DNA of 11,738 nt, from the NCBI GenBank assembly GCA_002729175.1, contig PBTS01000026.1:65320-77057 (forward strand), written 5' to 3'. Positions 6,542 to 11,738 of the stretch are shown one piece after another. The translations under genes were made by a program, and so were the position numbers. The first letter of the stretch is position 1; every line of letters begins with the position of its first letter. Below the pieces are notes generated by a model. The model did no database searches. It was not told where the DNA came from and was given only the letters and a program-made list of their open reading frames with translations. The stretch comes from Fidelibacterota bacterium. Lineage in GTDB: Bacteria; Fidelibacterota; Marinisomatia; Marinisomatales; S15-B10.

Positions 6542-9472
6542 GTGAAAAGATCTTTCCTCATAGCAGTATTTCTTATTCGAACAGCATTCGGGCAGGTAGC
6601 ATTCAATCATCCAGAACTGGTTTGGAAGACGTTCGAGACGGACCATTTTACTGTTCACTTTCATAACGGGACTGAGAGAACAGCCAAAGAAGGGGCTACT
6701 GCGGCTGAGAAAATCTATCCGCACGTAACAGAACTATACCAGTATGAACCAATGGAGAAAACGCATATCATTTTTTTGGACACTGATGACTATTCCAATG
6801 GTGCCGCTTACTATTTTGACAATAAGATAGAGATCTGGGCCTCTCCTCTTGACATGGAGTTGCGTGGAAGTCACCGTTGGCTCCAGAATGTGATTACCCA
6901 TGAATTCACACACATAGTTTCAATGCAGGCGGCCATGAAGTTTGGAAGGAGTGTACCTGGCGGTTATTTTCAGTGGATCAGGTATGAACCGGAAAAACGG
7001 GAGGATGTACTGTATGGCTATCCCAATACGCTTGTCTCTTATCCTGTGCCCGGTACTACCGTTCCACCGTGGTTTGCAGAAGGGGTGGCACAGTTCATGT
7101 ACGAAGGTGCCACTTACGACTTTTGGGACACACACCGGGATATGATTCTGCGGGACAGGGCGCTAAACAACAATCTTCTTTCACTCACGGAGATGAATAC
7201 GTTTGGTAAGCCGGGTATTGGGAATGAATCCACTTATAATTCAGGATTTGCCTTTTCCCGGTACCTTGCTTACAAATACGGTCAAGAAGTGCTACCAGCC
7301 ATTGCTAGGAATCTCTCCCGTAAATCAGGCGGATCAATCCAATCAGCAATTGAGGGAGCGTCAGGCTTTCCGGCGGAAAAAGTATTTTCGGATTTTCAAA
7401 CAACATTGATGGAACGATACGAATTGCTTACTGAGTCAGTCAAAAACAAAGAAGTAAAAGGTAAGATCATATGGCAGAAAGGGACTGCTAATTTCCATCC
7501 TAAATGGGCTCCGGATGGAGAAAGGTTTGCATTTTTGTCCAATGTGGGAAACGATTTTCTCGGTCAGACCAATCTGCGCATTTTCGCTTTCACCGACAGC
7601 ACGGATGAAGTTATAGCAAAGGATGTTTTTTCCGCCCCAGCTTGGTCTTCCTCAGGAGAAAAGATCTATTACACCAAAAAATCGAAACCGGATAGGAACG
7701 GTTCGAAATGGTTCGACCTTTACGTTTATTCATTTGAAGATGAGGAAGAAGAGCGGCTGACGAAAGGTGCTAGAGCCTTTTCACCTGTTATTATCCCCGG
7801 TGATTCGTTGTTGGCTTACCTGGCTACCCGGGACGGGACACAGAATGTTTTTCTGATTAACTTGAATTCGGAGAAGTCAGAACAGATAACACGTTTCGAT
7901 GATGGACGCCAGATTTCCAATCTTACTTTCGATCCCAACAAAAGGTGGCTCATGTTCGATTATGTGGAGAGCCATTTCAGGAATATCGCAGCCCTCAATC
8001 TGACGGATACGACTTTTGTTGATCTTATGGCTGTTCCCGAGTGGGACGAACGGGATATGACTGCCACGGCCAACGGAGGACTAATCTATTCCGTGGATCG
8101 GTCAGGCATTTTCAATCTCTTTTATGTGAATTCCTCAGATGGTCGCCAAGGCTATATCTCCAACGTTTTTGGTGGTGCATTCATGCCTGATGTCAGTAGG
8201 GATGGTAAGGTACTCTATTCCCTTTATGAGAATGGCGGCTACAGCATTGCGCTCGTGGATTCTGTTCGATTGGTGGATGAAAGTAATGTTGGTTACAGCC
8301 CTGACTATTTCACAAAATTTAATGGCTTACCTGCTCCAATAATGGCGGACGATTCATCTTATCCTGATTCCGTATCCAAGAATTATGAAGATTCATTTTC
8401 CAACATGTTTTTCTTTCCAAGACTGCAGATCGATTATGGTATGGTTAAACCGGGATTCTATTTCCAATCCAACGAAGTGATCAACCGGCTCAGCGTTTTC
8501 GGTGGAGCCGGTATCAACAGGCTTACTGATCTCGATTTATTTTTACTCTTCGAACTAAGAACGCTCTATCCCACCCTATATGCGGAAATCTTTTTCATGA
8601 CGCGACACATCACCAATCAATCTACCCTTTGGGATGTGATTGATATTGACTCGGATGTGGCTTACCGACTTTTCCAGATGGAGGGAGGGGCAAGTTTTCC
8701 ATTGCGAGGTCAGCACAGTGTCACCTTCTTTGGCTCATATCAGAATTACCGTTCAAATGCACTCTGGTGGGTTCCCGGGGAACAGTTGTTCGGCAAGTCG
8801 GGAATCGATTACTACAGCGGCATTCATACAGGTTTGAGGTGGGACACACAGGTTTCCCGAAGAACAGTAGATTATGACATCCTACCCAGCAACGGTTTCA
8901 AGGTTCATCTCGATATCCGCCAGGAGAACAATCGGTTTTACAGCCCATTCGAAATCGTTTTCAACAATTTCAACTTCACCAGAGTAGAGGGAAGCGGTGA
9001 AGCTCATTTTGAGATACCGTACACGAACCGTTGGACATTCTCTGCTGAAATGGCCGGTGGATGGATGTCGGAGACGGAAGTAGATTCATTCTTCAATTTT
9101 TTTGCCGGAGGAATGCCGGGGATAAGAGGGTATCCTTTTTATGCACTTGAAGGGAACAGGATGGCGTTGGTCACAACTACAGCGAGAATTCCCATCATGA
9201 GACAGCGCCACATTCCACTGGGTCCGTTTATTTTGCAAAATATAGTCGCTGGATTCATTGGTCAGTTTGGTGACGCCTGGAACGGGAACGGTGGAAGCTT
9301 TTCCGGAAAGCGATCAGCGGGAGTTCAGCTCCGGTTTGGCGGTTTTTCATTTTATAATTACCCGACGGGAATTGCCGTGGAATTACACAGGGGATTAGAT
9401 AAATTTACTGCGCTAAATCACGAGTATGGCGGCGACTCACGGTTTTACTTTACCCTTCTCTTCGGATTCTAA
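6542..9472 (+). CDS. Omp85/BamA-superfamily outer-membrane protein with N-terminal gluzincin (peptidase MA-like) domain and PD40/TolB-like beta-propeller
   Basis: GTG start and signal peptide (...RTAFG|Q). W..FETDHF.VHF start motif, HEFTH (6899-6913), PWFAEGVA (Glu at 7079), YNSGFAFSRYL. PD40-like repeats FHPKWAPDGERFAF, SAPAWSSSGEKIYY, FSPVIIPGDSLLAY, FMPDVSRDGKVLY. Omp85 C-terminal signatures GG..GIRGY (IRGY at 9122-9133), FGDAW, KRSAGVQLR and terminal FYFTLLFGF. Confidence 0.82.
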   Translation: MKRSFLIAVFLIRTAFGQVAFNHPELVWKTFETDHFTVHFHNGTERTAKEGATAAEKIYPHVTELYQYEPMEKTHIIFLDTDDYSNGAAYYFDNKIEIWASPLDMELRGSHRWLQNVITHEFTHIVSMQAAMKFGRSVPGGYFQWIRYEPEKREDVLYGYPNTLVSYPVPGTTVPPWFAEGVAQFMYEGATYDFWDTHRDMILRDRALNNNLLSLTEMNTFGKPGIGNESTYNSGFAFSRYLAYKYGQEVLPAIARNLSRKSGGSIQSAIEGASGFPAEKVFSDFQTTLMERYELLTESVKNKEVKGKIIWQKGTANFHPKWAPDGERFAFLSNVGNDFLGQTNLRIFAFTDSTDEVIAKDVFSAPAWSSSGEKIYYTKKSKPDRNGSKWFDLYVYSFEDEEEERLTKGARAFSPVIIPGDSLLAYLATRDGTQNVFLINLNSEKSEQITRFDDGRQISNLTFDPNKRWLMFDYVESHFRNIAALNLTDTTFVDLMAVPEWDERDMTATANGGLIYSVDRSGIFNLFYVNSSDGRQGYISNVFGGAFMPDVSRDGKVLYSLYENGGYSIALVDSVRLVDESNVGYSPDYFTKFNGLPAPIMADDSSYPDSVSKNYEDSFSNMFFFPRLQIDYGMVKPGFYFQSNEVINRLSVFGGAGINRLTDLDLFLLFELRTLYPTLYAEIFFMTRHITNQSTLWDVIDIDSDVAYRLFQMEGGASFPLRGQHSVTFFGSYQNYRSNALWWVPGEQLFGKSGIDYYSGIHTGLRWDTQVSRRTVDYDILPSNGFKVHLDIRQENNRFYSPFEIVFNNFNFTRVEGSGEAHFEIPYTNRWTFSAEMAGGWMSETEVDSFFNFFAGGMPGIRGYPFYALEGNRMALVTTTARIPIMRQRHIPLGPFILQNIVAGFIGQFGDAWNGNGGSFSGKRSAGVQLRFGGFSFYNYPTGIAVELHRGLDKFTALNHEYGGDSRFYFTLLFGF

Positions 9473-10366
9473 ATGACAAAACAGATAAAACAGATATCGG
9501 TCATGTTGATCCTTATTGTACCTCTTTTTTCAAGCGGGTCGAAACTTCTCAATTATGAGCCCCGTTTTCATGGCCCACTGCCGTTGATCCAGCTAGAGGC
9601 AGAAATGGATTCAGCTCAGGCTGAAGCGGATAGTACCATTTATCCAGCCAGAGGGTTAATTCTTTCCATGGCCGTTCCCGGTATGGGGGAGTGGTATGCC
9701 GGCGCAAAGAAAAAAGCCATCTTTTTCGTTGGGTTGGAAGTGGCGGCATGGATGAGTTGGCGGTCATTTTCCAAGCGGGGGGAAAAAATCGAGGTTGAAT
9801 ACGAACAGTTCGCCGATGATAACTGGGACCTTTATCAATGGTGGTTGAGGACACCGTGGCTTACATCCAGTTATGGTGATGTGGTCTGTGAAGGTACTCA
9901 CCACCTCAATCTGTTTCTTCCCGGCCAGACAGCCACCATCAGTTCAGACTCCCTTTGCGGGTGGGACTGGATTGAAGGTGTTGAAGTTGTGAGAAATCAT
10001 GAATTCTACGAAAATATTGGAAAGTATGATCAATTTGTTTCGGGATGGTCGGATCTTTTCAAGGAAGACGGGAGTAACGGCTGGTGGGAAAAGGAAAAAT
10101 CTGTGGGGGACAGCGTTGAAATTCTTGTCATGACAGATTTCAAGAATAATTATCTGGACCAACGGGCAGAATCAAATGATGCATACAGGCTGGCTACCTA
10201 CACCGTCACAGCCATTATGTTCAATCATCTTTTTAGTGCTTTTGACGCATTCATTGAGACGAGACGTCGCTTATTGACACCAAACACAGAATCTGCAATG
10301 GGGCTGACATTTTCTCCCTTCGCCCGGTCTGGCGTAGGAGGGATCTCTTTGGCCATAAGATGGTGA
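9473..10366 (+). CDS. Hypothetical exported/membrane protein, DUF5683-like
   Basis: ATG directly abuts the previous TAA. N-terminal signal-like segment, motif LSMAVPGMGEWYAG..KKA..F followed by a hydrophobic helix, late NHLFSAFDA motif, and a C-terminal beta-strand-like GGISLAIRW ending in an aromatic residue. The ORF is well supported; the family assignment is tentative. Confidence 0.65.
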   Translation: MTKQIKQISVMLILIVPLFSSGSKLLNYEPRFHGPLPLIQLEAEMDSAQAEADSTIYPARGLILSMAVPGMGEWYAGAKKKAIFFVGLEVAAWMSWRSFSKRGEKIEVEYEQFADDNWDLYQWWLRTPWLTSSYGDVVCEGTHHLNLFLPGQTATISSDSLCGWDWIEGVEVVRNHEFYENIGKYDQFVSGWSDLFKEDGSNGWWEKEKSVGDSVEILVMTDFKNNYLDQRAESNDAYRLATYTVTAIMFNHLFSAFDAFIETRRRLLTPNTESAMGLTFSPFARSGVGGISLAIRW

Positions 10367-10376
10367 TGAAATATTA

Positions 10377-11138
10377 ATGATTGAGAAACGCAAATATATT
10401 TACCCACTATTTTTGGTTTTGTTAGCCAGCTGTGCCAAAGATGAGATTGATCTCAGCAAGGATGATGTTGATGAGCGATATGAGAAGGCTATGGGACTGT
10501 TGGAGAAACGGAAATATTACCGCGCTCAAGAGCATTTCCAGTACGTCCTTTTGCGGGGGAAACATACAGACATTGGTGACGATGCACAGTTTCATTTGGG
10601 TGAGGCTTATTTTCTCAATGAAGAATACGAGAGCGCAATCAACGAATATGACAAACTTGTTCGTCAGATGACATTTAGTCCACACGTCAGGTTGGCCCGT
10701 TACCGCATCTGCCAGAGTTATGAAAAAAGTTCCCCAAAGTTCTATTTTGATCAGGATGCCACGGACAGGGCAATTCAAAAGTATCAGGAATTCATCGAGG
10801 ATTTTCCCGATTCAGAGTATCGTGATGAAGCCACTGCCACCATTCGTGAACTGCGAAACAAACTGTCTCAGAAAATGTATGAGTCGGCTATTCTCTATGT
10901 GAAGATGGAAGAGTATGATGCCGCCATAAATTATCTGGAAGATCTGTTGGAACTGTATTTTGACACAAATTATGCCGACAAGGCACGGTTGTTAATCGTT
11001 GATACATTTATTATTGCTCGCAAGTTTGAAGAAGCGGAAACTTTTCTTGAAGAGAACGGAGGCGGATTCACTGATGTTGCTGTTCTTGAAGAAGCAAAAA
11101 TACTGATAGAGAAGAACCGGCCCGAGGAGGAGAAATAG
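10377..11138 (+). CDS. bamD: Outer membrane protein assembly factor BamD (TPR lipoprotein)
   Basis: Lipobox LASC (Cys19, 10431). TPR helices YEKAM..L....Y..A...F, DDAQFHLGEAYF....Y..AI.EY, and BamD-typical DQDATDRAI..YQEFI..FPDSEY..EA......LRNKL..K.Y..A.LY and Y.AAI.Y. 253 aa. Confidence 0.92.
   Translation: MIEKRKYIYPLFLVLLASCAKDEIDLSKDDVDERYEKAMGLLEKRKYYRAQEHFQYVLLRGKHTDIGDDAQFHLGEAYFLNEEYESAINEYDKLVRQMTFSPHVRLARYRICQSYEKSSPKFYFDQDATDRAIQKYQEFIEDFPDSEYRDEATATIRELRNKLSQKMYESAILYVKMEEYDAAINYLEDLLELYFDTNYADKARLLIVDTFIIARKFEEAETFLEENGGGFTDVAVLEEAKILIEKNRPEEEK
11124..11132 (+). promoter_or_regulatory. Shine-Dalgarno site for nadD, embedded in the 3' end of bamD
   Basis: GAGGAGGAG ends 8 nt upstream of the TTG start at 11141. 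Confidence 0.7.
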
Positions 11139-11140
11139 TC

Positions 11141-11722
11141 TTGAAGCTCTGTTTGTTCGGAGGAACCTTTGATCCACCTCATGTGGGTCATCTTATTATC
11201 GCGGAGACTATTCAGGAATCTGAACGATTTGACCGAATTGTATTTGTGCCGGCCTCCAATCCACCCCACAAGGAAAGAGGTATTTCGCCTATCGAAGATC
11301 GACTGGAAATGCTTCGTCTTACCTTGGTGAATAATGACAATTTCGATGTGTCCGATATCGAAATAGAACGAGGCGGAATTTCATATACGGTTGAAACTGT
11401 CAAGGAAACGAAGGGGAAATTCAGCCTCAATTCAAAGGACCTCTATTTTCTCATAGGTAGCGATTCCCTTTTGGATTTTCACAGCTGGAAGGAGTATGAA
11501 TCAATTTTGAATGAATGTAGAGTTATCATTGCTCTTCGCCCGGGGTTTCGCCCAAGCAGGATCGACCCCGAGATCTTGTCTCAAATTAGATTCGCCAATA
11601 TTCCACAAATTGAAGTTTCCTCATCTCAGATTCGTCGCCGTGTGAAAAGTGGATTGACCATTCGATACATGGTTCCAGACCCTGTCCGAGATTATATTAG
11701 TGAAAAAGATTTGTACTGCTAG
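11141..11722 (+). CDS. nadD: Nicotinate-nucleotide adenylyltransferase
   Basis: LFGGTFDPPHVGHL (HxGH), PA.NPPHK, RLEML, E..RGG.SYT, LYFLIGSDS...F.SW, VSSSQIR and V.DYI....LY motifs. TTG start with a strong SD. Confidence 0.96.
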   Translation: MKLCLFGGTFDPPHVGHLIIAETIQESERFDRIVFVPASNPPHKERGISPIEDRLEMLRLTLVNNDNFDVSDIEIERGGISYTVETVKETKGKFSLNSKDLYFLIGSDSLLDFHSWKEYESILNECRVIIALRPGFRPSRIDPEILSQIRFANIPQIEVSSSQIRRRVKSGLTIRYMVPDPVRDYISEKDLYC

Positions 11723-11738
11723 TTACTGAATTTCAAAA

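Noticed and set aside
6542..9472. Calling this gene bamA or tolB
   Set aside because: It has no evident POTRA repeats and carries a peptidase domain. The propeller is only TolB-like and is fused to a barrel.
25..11430. Numerous 60-170 aa alternative-frame and antisense ORFs (e.g. 3118-3624 minus, 1151-1642 plus, 671-1063 minus)
   Set aside because: All overlap well-supported long genes, show no recognisable motifs, and look like shadow ORFs.
1..11738. CRISPR arrays, tRNA/rRNA, IS elements, phage or defence genes
   Set aside because: No periodic DNA repeats, transposase/integrase motifs or unexplained non-coding space; the largest gap is 115 bp.

Overview
An all plus-strand, tightly packed bacterial region, probably from an FCB-superphylum lineage outside classical Bacteroidota (for example Marinimicrobia/Calditrichota/Ignavibacteria-like). 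This is inferred from T9SS genes occurring together with a TTGACA-type promoter and Shine-Dalgarno use. The window starts with the 3' end of a TRAP transporter operon (partial dctP, fused dctQM). After a strong sigma70-like promoter comes an outer-membrane/secretion cluster: (1) porV with a duplicated acidic/Gly-rich loop insertion, (2) a long hairpin, (3) a T9SS type A cargo built on an M6/immune-inhibitor-A protease scaffold whose zinc-binding motif is fully substituted (a likely pseudoprotease), (4) an Omp85-family barrel with an intact HExxH...E metallopeptidase domain and a PD40/TolB-like propeller but no evident POTRA domains, (5) a DUF5683-like hypothetical envelope protein, (6) bamD, and then nadD. 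The best candidate for an undescribed system is the porV / pseudoprotease / peptidase-Omp85 / hypothetical / bamD module. No RNA genes, CRISPR arrays or mobile elements were seen. All calls come from motif recognition by eye; no searches were run.
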